NCBI GenBank assembly: GCA_945861875.1
Contig: CAMAWC010000004.1
Location: 4,597 to 68,596, forward strand
DNA from: Bordetella parapertussis
Lineage (GTDB): Bacteria; Pseudomonadota; Gammaproteobacteria; Burkholderiales; SG8-39
DNA: 64,000 nucleotides
Direction: 5' to 3'
Made by a program: the position numbers and the translations under genes
Shown: one piece after another, positions 17,052-25,327 of the stretch
How positions within the stretch are numbered: position 1 is the stretch's first letter
Layout: every line of letters starts with the position of its first letter
Notes under the pieces: generated by a model
What the model was told of the DNA's origin: nothing
Database searches by the model: none
What the model saw: only the letters and a program-made list of their open reading frames with translations

Positions 17052-18029
17052 ATGAAACGCATCCTAATTACGGCATTCGCCTTCGGTCTGTCGCTGGCGG
17101 CCACCCTGGCCCTCGGCCAAGCTTACCCATCCCGGCCTGTCACCATCATCGTTCCATTCGCCGCCGGTGGACCGACCGACATCATTGCCCGCATCGTCGG
17201 AGAATATTATTCCAAGGCGCTAGGTCAGCAGTTCGTCGTGGAGAACGTCGCCGGGGCGGGCGGTACCACCGGAATAACGCGTGGCGCACAATCCAAATCT
17301 GACGGCTACACCATCATGATGGGGCACATGGGGACGCACGGTGCGGCACCCGCACTCTACGCCAATCTCAAATACGATCCGGCCAAGGATTTCGAACCGA
17401 TCGGCCTGGTGGCGGGGACGCCGATACTGATCGTGGCGAGGAAGGATTTCCCGGCGGCAAACATGAAAGAGTTTGTGGCGCGTATCAAGGATCCTGCGGC
17501 CAAAGCCAAGCAGGCGCACGCCGGCGTCGGTTCGGTGTCCTTCACCACCTGCACGCTGCTCACTTCGCAGATAGGCGTGAAGAACATTGTTGTCGCCTAC
17601 CGCGGTACCGGACCGGCGTTGAACGACCTGGTCGGCGGCCAGGTGGACTACATGTGCGACCAGATCGTCAACCTCGTGTCGCAAGTCCAGGGCGGCGCCG
17701 TCAAGGCCTATGCCATCGCCACACCCGAGCGTTCGCCGGCGCTGCCGGATGTCCCGACCACCAAGGAGGCGGGGTTTCCCGATTATCAGGTGAGCGCCTG
17801 GAACGCATTGTTCGCGCCCAAGGGCACGCCCAAGGACATCATGGCCAAGCTCAACGAGACTCTGGTCAAGGCGCTCGACGACCCGGCCACGCGCAAGCGC
17901 CTCCTTGAACTGGGCAGCGTAATTCCGGACAAGGCGGGTCGTTCGCCCGAAGAACTCGCCGCACTGGTCAAAAACGAGGTTGCGCGCTGGACGCCGATAT
18001 TGAAGGCTGCCGGGGCAGTCGGACAGTAA
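17052..18029 (+). CDS. tctC: TctC/Bug-family periplasmic substrate-binding protein
   Basis: Signal peptide followed by YPSRPVTIIVPFAAGGPTD, the Bug-family hallmark. 325 aa. Confidence 0.9.
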   Translation: MKRILITAFAFGLSLAATLALGQAYPSRPVTIIVPFAAGGPTDIIARIVGEYYSKALGQQFVVENVAGAGGTTGITRGAQSKSDGYTIMMGHMGTHGAAPALYANLKYDPAKDFEPIGLVAGTPILIVARKDFPAANMKEFVARIKDPAAKAKQAHAGVGSVSFTTCTLLTSQIGVKNIVVAYRGTGPALNDLVGGQVDYMCDQIVNLVSQVQGGAVKAYAIATPERSPALPDVPTTKEAGFPDYQVSAWNALFAPKGTPKDIMAKLNETLVKALDDPATRKRLLELGSVIPDKAGRSPEELAALVKNEVARWTPILKAAGAVGQ

Positions 18030-18160
18030 AGCGTGCAAAAAACCCGTCGATTGCGCCGCGGCGCGCATCCGACGGCGTTGCGCCCGGCATGGTCGGGACG
18101 ATGGGCGCGCAGGCTGCTTACCTTACTTGGTTGCGGGCCGGGCCGACCCCGGATGCAGGG

Positions 18161-18871
18161 TCAGACCGAAATCACCAGCTTCTGGTACAGCCCGCCGTAG
18201 TAGGTCCGCTTGCTGATCTGTTCGGGGCGTATGCCTTCGGGCAGCCAGCTGCTGATGTCCTGCCGCCACAAGTCCATGGCAAACGGCTCAAGCCAGTCCA
18301 GCACCGGCCGGAACAGGTAGCGCAATGGGTGCAGGGGTCCGGGGAGGTGGTAGTCGACGATGACCACCTTGCCGCCGGGTTTGACCACCCTGATGGCTTC
18401 GCTGAGTGTTTTTGTGCGCACCGCCTCGGGTTGCTCGTGCAGCAGGAAAAACAGCACCGCCTGGTCGTAGCTTGCGTCGGCAAAGCCGAGCGCCGCCGAG
18501 TCACGCTGGTACAAGACCACTGGGGCGGAAGCGGGGAGTTTCTTGCGCAAATTGCCCAGCTGTATGGACAGGATATCGACCACATCCAATTCGCCGCCCG
18601 GGGCGATGCGCCCGGCGAGCATGGGGGAGAAGTTACCGTAGACGCAGGCGACCTGCAGGCTGCGCCCGGTGACGGAGGCACCGAGTTCATCCAGTGCGGC
18701 GTCGCGCAGGCGCGCGAAATTGCCCCACAGAATGGCATTCACCAGCCATTGGCGCTCAAACATGCGCACGGCATTGGGGTGGACATAAGCCCACCAATAG
18801 ACCTTTTCCAGATACGCCGGGATTGCCGCAGCCGGTAGTTCGATCGCTTTTTGTTCGCCTGCGTAAGCCAT
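18161..18871 (-). CDS. rquA: RquA-like class I methyltransferase-fold protein (candidate rhodoquinone biosynthesis enzyme)
   Basis: 236 aa with SD AGGGGGG. Methyltransferase fold with an atypical motif I, LQVACVYGNF, in place of E/DxGxGxG. Also ILWGN, FFLLHEQP, VVIVDYH, LEPFA and GGLYQK blocks that I recall as RquA-type. Confidence 0.6.
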   Translation of the reverse strand: MAYAGEQKAIELPAAAIPAYLEKVYWWAYVHPNAVRMFERQWLVNAILWGNFARLRDAALDELGASVTGRSLQVACVYGNFSPMLAGRIAPGGELDVVDILSIQLGNLRKKLPASAPVVLYQRDSAALGFADASYDQAVLFFLLHEQPEAVRTKTLSEAIRVVKPGGKVVIVDYHLPGPLHPLRYLFRPVLDWLEPFAMDLWRQDISSWLPEGIRPEQISKRTYYGGLYQKLVISV

Positions 18872-18932
18872 GCAGCCCCCCTTTTTTGTTTGCTTTGCGC
18901 AGTATCGGTTTGGGTCGAACCTGCACGAGTAT

Positions 18933-18974
18933 AAGGTATTGGATGCCGGTGGCGGGTATGTTGATCCATGTCAA
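18933..18974 (-). promoter_or_regulatory. candidate FNR/CRP-family class II promoter of rquA
   Basis: Box TTGATCCATGTCAA 18961-18974 (9/10). On the minus strand the -10-like TACCTT (18938-18933) starts 29.5 bp from the box centre. The centre lies 96.5 bp upstream of the rquA ATG. Confidence 0.6.
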
Positions 18975-19028
18975 TCCGCTGCCGCGTACAAGAGGGAATT
19001 CGTGATTTCTGGCGGGAGTGCCGCCGGC

Positions 19029-19069
19029 TTGATCTGGCGCAATCTGGCGCAATGCCGGCGGCGTAGCGT
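19029..19069 (+). promoter_or_regulatory. candidate FNR/Dnr-type class II promoter of the bifunctional kinase gene
   Basis: Box TTGATCTGGCGCAA 19029-19042 is identical to 4333-4346. The -10-like TAGCGT 19064-19069 starts 28.5 bp from the box centre. The box overlaps the tandem 10-bp repeat atctggcgca x2 (19032-19051). Confidence 0.5.
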
Positions 19070-19096
19070 AACAGCGGGTCATTCGAGGATTGCTCC

Positions 19097-20737
19097 GTGT
19101 CTGCGACTGATAAACATGCGGCGCCGCTGCGGCCCACGCCGGGGGACGGCGAGGCGGCGTACACGCGTCTGATCGCGGCATTGCGCGAACCGTCGCGCCA
19201 TGCCGGACTGGTCGGGCCGGTGGAATTGCTCGAGACACATTGCTCCAGCGTCCTGCTCGTCGGCGGTTTTGCGCTCAAGCTGAAGAAGCCGGTCAACCTG
19301 GGTTTCCTGGATTTCAGCTCGTTGGAGGCGCGCCGCTTTTATTGCAACGAGGAGTTGCGCCTGAACCGGCGCACCGCGCCGCAACTGTATCTTGATGTCG
19401 TTCCCATCGGCGGTAGTGAAGCGGAGCCGGTCATTGGCGCAGAACCCGCCATCGAGTATGCAGTCAGGATGCGGCGCTTTGCGCAGGATGAGTTGCTCTA
19501 TCGCATCGCGCGGGACGGGGTGCTCACGCCGCAGCATGTCGACGGGCTGGCGGCTGCGGTGGCGCAATTTCACGCCGTGGCAGCGGTTGACCCGGAGCGG
19601 TCTTACGGTTCGGCGGCGCAGATCAGGGAGGCGATGCGCGCCAATTGCGCCGAACTCGCGGCGCTGGTGCAAGGACCGCGTGAGCAGGGGCTGCTGGGTG
19701 CGCTGGCTGACTGGTCGGCCGCGCAGTGTGCGGCACTGGCACCACAGTTCGACGCGCGCCGTGACGCCGGCATGGTGCGCGAGTGCCACGGCGACCTGCA
19801 CCTGGGCAATATCGCCTTGATTGAAGACCGGCCGACGCTGTTTGATTGTATCGAGTTCAATGCGGCATTCCGCAACATCGATGTGATCAGCGACAGCGCC
19901 TTCCTGACTATGGACCTCATTTACCACGGTCTCGCGCCGCTGGCGTTTCGTTTCATCAACGCCTATCTTGAGCGAAGCGGTGACTACGCGGCGATGGCCG
20001 TGCTGCGTTTTTACCTTGTGCAGCGCGCACTGATCCGCGCAAAAGTGGCGCGAATCCGCGCCTTGCAACCGGGTATCACCGTCGAACAGAGGGGCGCCGC
20101 AGATAGCTCGTTCTGCGGCCACCTGCTTCTGGCGCGGCGCCTGGCACGCCGCGGGCGCGCTGCGCTGATTGTGATGCACGGGCTGTCCGGCTCGGGCAAG
20201 AGCAGCATCGCCCAGGTCTTGCTCGAGGCGCTGGGTGCGGTGAGGCTGCGCTCGGATGTGGAGCGCAAGCGCCTGTTTGGACTGGAGGCGGTGGGGCGCA
20301 CGGGCGCCACGCCGGACGGCGGAATCTATTCGACAGAGGCCGGCGCACGCACCTACGCGCGCCTGGCGGAAATCGCCGGCAGCCTGCTCGCCGCGGGCTA
20401 TCCGGTCATTGTCGACGCCGCATGCCTGCAGCGCGACCAGCGCGAATTGCTGTGCCGCGTCGCCGGGGAGCAGGGCCTGCCCTTTGCGATTGTTTCGTGC
20501 GAGGCCGCATTGCCGGTATTGCGCGAGCGGGTCGCACGGCGGGAGCAGCAGGGTGCTGATGCGTCCGATGCGGACTTGGCAATCCTCGAACGGCAACGTC
20601 GCACATTGCAGCCGCTGGGCGCCGATGAAATGGTGCACGTCATCCGGATTGCCACCGCTGTCGATGGCGCGGGCGGGCAGGGCGTCGCCACCGCGCTGGC
20701 GCGGCGTCTCGGCCTGGTCAGATACCGCAACGCATAG
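19097..20737 (+). CDS. bifunctional phosphotransferase (APH-like)/P-loop ATP-binding protein
   Basis: GTG start, 546 aa. N-terminal kinase-like domain (HGDLHLGNI). C-terminal P-loop GLSGSGKSS. Confidence 0.8.
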   Translation: MSATDKHAAPLRPTPGDGEAAYTRLIAALREPSRHAGLVGPVELLETHCSSVLLVGGFALKLKKPVNLGFLDFSSLEARRFYCNEELRLNRRTAPQLYLDVVPIGGSEAEPVIGAEPAIEYAVRMRRFAQDELLYRIARDGVLTPQHVDGLAAAVAQFHAVAAVDPERSYGSAAQIREAMRANCAELAALVQGPREQGLLGALADWSAAQCAALAPQFDARRDAGMVRECHGDLHLGNIALIEDRPTLFDCIEFNAAFRNIDVISDSAFLTMDLIYHGLAPLAFRFINAYLERSGDYAAMAVLRFYLVQRALIRAKVARIRALQPGITVEQRGAADSSFCGHLLLARRLARRGRAALIVMHGLSGSGKSSIAQVLLEALGAVRLRSDVERKRLFGLEAVGRTGATPDGGIYSTEAGARTYARLAEIAGSLLAAGYPVIVDAACLQRDQRELLCRVAGEQGLPFAIVSCEAALPVLRERVARREQQGADASDADLAILERQRRTLQPLGADEMVHVIRIATAVDGAGGQGVATALARRLGLVRYRNA

Positions 20738-20769
20738 TTCGTCGGCATGGCGCCGGACGGGGTGATTGA

Positions 20770-20802
20770 CTGGAAACGCAGGCGGGACACGGCTTTCCAG
20801 CC
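20770..20802. repeat. REP-like hairpin between convergent genes
   Basis: ctggaaa-N17-tttccag forms a 7-bp stem. It contains the 12-mer ggctttccagcc (20791-20802) shared with the hairpins at 1410 and 25198. Confidence 0.4.
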
Positions 20803-20812
20803 GGTCACCCGG

Positions 20813-22126
20813 TCAGGACGCGGTCCCGGCCATGCTGCGGAGCTTGGCGCGCACCAGGCTGATGTGGCTGCGCAGGTGATAAAGATAATCAGTGTAGGCG
20901 AGCGGGGTGGGGATGTGGATGACGCTTTGCTCGATAACGTCGAGTCGCTGCTGCAAGGCCTTGATGTCGGCCGCGTCGTGCGCCGATTCCAGGTCCCCTT
21001 CAAGCACCTTGAGCTTGCCGTACCAGCGGTAAATGCGCGACTTGATGCGCCAGGAGTAGACGACGGGCGCGAGCTTTACCAGCGGGACAAGCACCACCAG
21101 CAGCGGGATCAGCATGACGAACAAGCGGTCGAACAGCACGGCCATCCAGAAGGGCAGGTGGCGCTGCAGGAAGGGCGGACCCTGCTTGATGTATCGCCGG
21201 GCGTCGAGGCTTTGCGCGATATCGAGGTTTGCGGAAGACGGGAATTCCCCGGTCTTGTGCAGCATGCCGGCGTCGCTATGCACCTCGGTGGCCGCCTGCA
21301 GCAACAAGGACAGCAGCGCCGGGTGCAGGTCGTCGCGTACCACCAGGTTGGCGGTCGGGGCGATGAGGTGGACATCGCGCGGTGGCAGGTCATCAATGAG
21401 GTCAATCCCGCCCTTGGGCAGTACGACATGCGACAGGAAGGGCAGATAGCGGGTGTAGGCCTCGGCGTGGCTGAAGTTCATCAGTTGGATCGACCTCGCG
21501 TGCATCATTTTTCTGACTGTCGGCGATTCCGGGGCGCCGATGATCATGGCGACGTCGATGCTGCCCTTGATGAGGGCATCGGCGGCGTCGCCGGCGCCGA
21601 GCGGGAGAAAAGTGGTGTTGGTGTCATCCAGTCCGGCCAGTTTGAGTGCCTGCAGCGCCAGCGGCCGGGTGCCGCTACCTTCGGGACCGACGGCAATCTT
21701 CTTGCCGCGAAACGAACGCAGGCGGTCGGCCTCCGGCCCGTTGCGGTAAAACACCCAGAGTGGCTCGTAGTACAGGCTGGCAAGGCTCATCAGGTTGCCG
21801 CTGTCCTCCGATTTGGCGATGCCGCCTTGTACGAATCCGACGGAGATACCCGATGTGTCGTCCTTCAGGCGTTTAAGGTTGTCGACCGAACCGGCCGAGG
21901 GCCTTATTTCCACCTCGATGCCTTCGCGCGCGAGGATATCGCGGTACTGCAGGGCGAAGTTTTCGTAAGCGCCGCCTTCGGCGCCGCTGGTCATGATGAC
22001 TTTGTGCGGCGGCGCCGGCTGGACATACTGGTAGGCGATCCAGCCGGTGGCGACAAGAATGGCGAGGATCGGGAACAGCGTGCCCCAGAAATCGCGGGCA
22101 AGGATGGATTGGACTATTTTGGGCAT
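20813..22126 (-). CDS. membrane-anchored TAXI-family TRAP solute-binding protein
   Basis: ORF 20813-22366, trimmed to ATG 22126 (MPKIVQSIL...). N-terminal TM helix. TAXI core (MTSGAEGGAYENFA, IRPSAGSVDNL, VGFVQGG). C-terminal TM helices plus a charged tail. Confidence 0.8.
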   Translation of the reverse strand: MPKIVQSILARDFWGTLFPILAILVATGWIAYQYVQPAPPHKVIMTSGAEGGAYENFALQYRDILAREGIEVEIRPSAGSVDNLKRLKDDTSGISVGFVQGGIAKSEDSGNLMSLASLYYEPLWVFYRNGPEADRLRSFRGKKIAVGPEGSGTRPLALQALKLAGLDDTNTTFLPLGAGDAADALIKGSIDVAMIIGAPESPTVRKMMHARSIQLMNFSHAEAYTRYLPFLSHVVLPKGGIDLIDDLPPRDVHLIAPTANLVVRDDLHPALLSLLLQAATEVHSDAGMLHKTGEFPSSANLDIAQSLDARRYIKQGPPFLQRHLPFWMAVLFDRLFVMLIPLLVVLVPLVKLAPVVYSWRIKSRIYRWYGKLKVLEGDLESAHDAADIKALQQRLDVIEQSVIHIPTPLAYTDYLYHLRSHISLVRAKLRSMAGTAS

Positions 22127-22173
22127 GGCGGCGGGGTATTCAAGGCAGTGTACCAACTGTGACGGGCGGGGTG

Positions 22174-22932
22174 TTAGGTCGGCGTGCGCGCAAGGGGATC
22201 CTGACGGTAAAACGCGGCCAGTTCGCGATATATGGCGGGAAACTCGGCAACAAGGCCCGGCGCATCGGTGAAGAACGCCTCGCTCGCCACGGCGAAGAAT
22301 TCCGCCGGATGCTCGGCCGCATAGGGATCCATACGCGTATGCGCGCCGCGCCCGACCGCACCGCAAAAGCGCGCGAAGGCCGACTCGAAGGCGAGTTCCC
22401 AGCGCTCGCGGTCCATGCCGGCGTGCGGCGCCGGAAAACCGTCATCGTTGCCGCGCAGCATGTGAATCTTGTGGGCGAACTCGTGTATGACGACGTTATA
22501 ACCGGGCTCGCTGAGGCTGGCGTCCTGCCAGGACAGTATCACCGGGCCGTCCGGCCAGGCTTCGCCGGAGAGTTCGTCGTCGAACTCGTGCACCACGCCG
22601 GCCTCGTCAACGATTTCCCGCGCCACCCTGAACTCACCCGGATAGACGATGACGCCGACCCAGCCTTCGTAACATTCGAGGCCGAGGTTAAGCACCGGCA
22701 GGCAGGCCTGGACGGCGATTGCGACCCGCGCTTCGTTCGAGAGGACCAGGCCGGCGGCGCCGTGCAATTGTTTCTGGTCAAGGAAGGCGATAACCATTTC
22801 GCGCAGGCGCAGCAAATCGGGCGGGTTGAGCGCGGTGATGAAGGCATAGGGCGCAATGGCGCGCCGCCACAGCGACTCGTCAAGCTCGCTTTGCTTGCGT
22901 CGACGTTGCTGCAGGTTACCGAACCAGCCCAT
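22174..22932 (-). CDS. mtfA: M90-family zinc metallopeptidase MtfA
   Basis: 252 aa. HEFAHK zinc motif in the context NVVIHEFAHKIHML. EFFAVASEAFF block typical of MtfA. Confidence 0.85.
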   Translation of the reverse strand: MGWFGNLQQRRRKQSELDESLWRRAIAPYAFITALNPPDLLRLREMVIAFLDQKQLHGAAGLVLSNEARVAIAVQACLPVLNLGLECYEGWVGVIVYPGEFRVAREIVDEAGVVHEFDDELSGEAWPDGPVILSWQDASLSEPGYNVVIHEFAHKIHMLRGNDDGFPAPHAGMDRERWELAFESAFARFCGAVGRGAHTRMDPYAAEHPAEFFAVASEAFFTDAPGLVAEFPAIYRELAAFYRQDPLARTPT

Positions 22933-22945
22933 GTCAGCGCGCGGC

Positions 22946-24064
22946 TCAGGCGACCATTGCCCGCGTCTTGATGGCTTCGTTGACGCGCGGCATGACCTGG
23001 GTGGCCATCAGTTCCATGGATCTCCTTGCCAGCACCGGGTCGACCCAGTCCATCCCGGCGTAGACAATTTCGCCAAAGTCGCCGGCCTGCTCGCGCAATG
23101 CGAGGATGCCGTCCACCACTTTGTTTACGCTGCCCGAGATCACCAGTTCGTCGCACAGGCGGTCGACTGTGACGGCGCTGTCGTCTTCGTCGGCGTGTTT
23201 TTTGAATATGACGTGGCGCTTGGCCATCATCATTTTGGTGCGCAGCTGCTGGTAGTAATAGCGATAGGGATTGTCCGGTGTCTTGTTGCCATAGGCGGCG
23301 GCAACCTTGTCATCGTCGGCGACAAAAATGGTGCGCGCGACGCGCCAGTCGGCGGGGGCGGCGACCTTGCCCGCTTTTGTCTTGCCTTGCGCATAGTTGG
23401 CCCAGTGCGAGGGCAGCCAGTGCGGCAGCAGGAAGTTGGCCGACATCGGGTGAAAGTCGCGCTCGCCCATGGCGATCACGCCCTTGGAATGCGGCGCCAC
23501 GACGGTGCCGACAATTTCCGGGCGTGGTTTTTGGTAGGGTTTGTACATGATGCCGCGGCCGATATCGAGTTTTTGCGTTTTTGCCGTCGAGACCTTGAAG
23601 CGGTTGTCGGGGAAGTCGATGTCATAGGGCGGGTCGCGCTCCCAGATGGCGAGGATCACGTCGATGGCTTCGGCGAACAGCTTGTTGCGCTCCTCCTGCG
23701 CCAGGCCAAGTCCAAGAGCCTCGGCATCGGAGGACAGCGCGCCCGGGCTGATGCCGAATATGAAGCGGCCCTTGGCAAGATGGTCGAACATCGCCGCGTG
23801 CGCCGCGACCAGGGTGGGGTGGGTGTGTGACAGGTTGGAGGTGCCGGTGCCGAGCAGGATGGTCTTGGTGTCGTGGATCAGCGTGGCGAGGAAGATGAAG
23901 CTGTTGGTGACGTTCTCGGCGCGGTCGGTAAGATGCTCGCCGACAAAGGCATCATGAAAACCCAGTTTGTCGGCGAGGATGATGGCCTCGCGGTCCTCCT
24001 GCAGCGTGACGATCGGGTCGCGATCGAGCGGATGGAGCGGCATGGTGAAATAGCCGAGTCGCAT
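22946..24064 (-). CDS. LLM-class (luciferase-like) flavin-dependent oxidoreductase
   Basis: 372 aa. MRLGYFTMPLHPL...AFVGEHLTD and the TIM-barrel LLM pattern. Confidence 0.85.
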   Translation of the reverse strand: MRLGYFTMPLHPLDRDPIVTLQEDREAIILADKLGFHDAFVGEHLTDRAENVTNSFIFLATLIHDTKTILLGTGTSNLSHTHPTLVAAHAAMFDHLAKGRFIFGISPGALSSDAEALGLGLAQEERNKLFAEAIDVILAIWERDPPYDIDFPDNRFKVSTAKTQKLDIGRGIMYKPYQKPRPEIVGTVVAPHSKGVIAMGERDFHPMSANFLLPHWLPSHWANYAQGKTKAGKVAAPADWRVARTIFVADDDKVAAAYGNKTPDNPYRYYYQQLRTKMMMAKRHVIFKKHADEDDSAVTVDRLCDELVISGSVNKVVDGILALREQAGDFGEIVYAGMDWVDPVLARRSMELMATQVMPRVNEAIKTRAMVA

Positions 24065-24101
24065 GTTGTGTTCCTTGATTGCGTGAGCGATTGTCGGGAA
24101 G

Positions 24102-25070
24102 TTATTGCGCTTCTATGCCGGCGGTCTTGACGTATTCCTTCCAGCGCTCGATTTCCTGCGCGACAAACCGGCGGTAGTCTTCGCGTGACATGGCGCGCGT
24201 TTCCATTCCCAGTTGGTCGAGTTTTTGTTTCACGCCCGGATCGGCGAGGGCCTTGCTTACCCAGGCGTGCAGCGCTTCGACGATTTCCGGCGGCGTACGC
24301 GCCGGGGCGGCAAGGCCCAAATAAGCCTGCAGTTCATAACCCGGGTAGGTTTCGGCGATGGCCGGAACGGTGGGCCAGGGCTTGTGGCGTGTCGCGCCGG
24401 TGACGCCAAGCGGGATTACCTTGCCGCCTTCGATATGGGCCGATCCCGAGGGGTATTCGAGGAACACCACCTGGATTTGCTTGCCCATCAGGTCGGTGAC
24501 GGCATTGCCTATGGTCTTGTAGGACGCCCCGGTGAGTTGCGCGCCGGTTTTGGCGCGGAACAGTTCGGCCGACATTTGCGATGCCGAGTTGTAGTGGCCG
24601 AAAAACACCTTGCCCGGATTGGCCTTGGAATAACTGACCAGTTCGGCGATGGAATTAATGCCGCTGCCCGGCGGTACCACGGCGACCGATCCAAAGGTGC
24701 CGAACAGCGCGATGTTGTCAAAATCCCTGACCGGATCGTAGGGAACCTTCTTGTACAGGCTCAGATTGGCCGCATGGGTGGTGTTGGTGGTGAGGATGAG
24801 GGTGTATCCGTCGGCCGGGGCGTTCTTTGCCGCCTCGGTGCCGATGATGCCGTTGGCGCCGGGTTTGTTCTCGATGATGACCGGCTGTTTGGTCTGTGCT
24901 TCGAGGTATTGCCCAAAGGTGCGCGCGGTCAGGTCGCCGGAACCTCCCGGACCAAAGGGCACGATGATGCGTATGGGCTTGTTCGGGTAGCCCTGGGCGT
25001 GTGCCAGTCCTGCCATCAACATGCCGGTCAACAGGGCGTGGCGCATCAGGATCAACAGGCGGCATTGCAT
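24102..25070 (-). CDS. Bug/TctC-family periplasmic substrate-binding protein
   Basis: ORF trimmed to ATG 25070 (GGAG lies 8 nt upstream). Signal peptide followed by YPNKPIRIIVPFGPGGSGD. Confidence 0.85.
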   Translation of the reverse strand: MQCRLLILMRHALLTGMLMAGLAHAQGYPNKPIRIIVPFGPGGSGDLTARTFGQYLEAQTKQPVIIENKPGANGIIGTEAAKNAPADGYTLILTTNTTHAANLSLYKKVPYDPVRDFDNIALFGTFGSVAVVPPGSGINSIAELVSYSKANPGKVFFGHYNSASQMSAELFRAKTGAQLTGASYKTIGNAVTDLMGKQIQVVFLEYPSGSAHIEGGKVIPLGVTGATRHKPWPTVPAIAETYPGYELQAYLGLAAPARTPPEIVEALHAWVSKALADPGVKQKLDQLGMETRAMSREDYRRFVAQEIERWKEYVKTAGIEAQ

Positions 25071-25197
25071 TGTGGGGCTCCGGGAGAAGTTTTTTGCGAA
25101 CGAGAGCATAGCATCGGCGACCTTGATTTCGCTGATGAAACACTGCCAGGATAGGGTATTCAAGCACGCCCCGGAACGACCATATTGCAACCAGGCA

Positions 25198-25240
25198 AAT
25201 CGGCTGGAAAGCCACGACTGGCGCGGCTTTCCAGTCGATT
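25198..25240. repeat. REP-like hairpin (GGCTGGAAAGCC core)
   Basis: aatcggctggaaagcc-N11-ggctttccagtcgatt forms a 16-bp stem with one mismatch, in the divergent intergenic region. Confidence 0.6.
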
Positions 25241-25298
25241 GCCATGGTGAAGAGGCGGTTTCGACCGGAATTCGGTTCGCAAATAGTCGCGAAAGTGC

Positions 25299-25327
25299 TT
25301 GACCCCATTGGATTAACTGCGTACAAG
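25299..25327 (+). promoter_or_regulatory. candidate sigma70 promoter of cspA
   Basis: TTGACC 25299-25304, 17-bp spacer, TACAAG 25322-25327. This would give a leader of about 145 nt, as in other cspA genes. Confidence 0.35.

Noticed and set aside
19079-20638. 519-aa minus-strand ORF. Also 20747-22162 (+), 22856-23830 (+), 24213-25154 (+) and 24718-25989 (-).
   Set aside because: These are shadow ORFs opposite the kinase, TAXI, LLM and Bug genes. 24718-25989 would run through the cspA gene and its terminator. No motifs were found.
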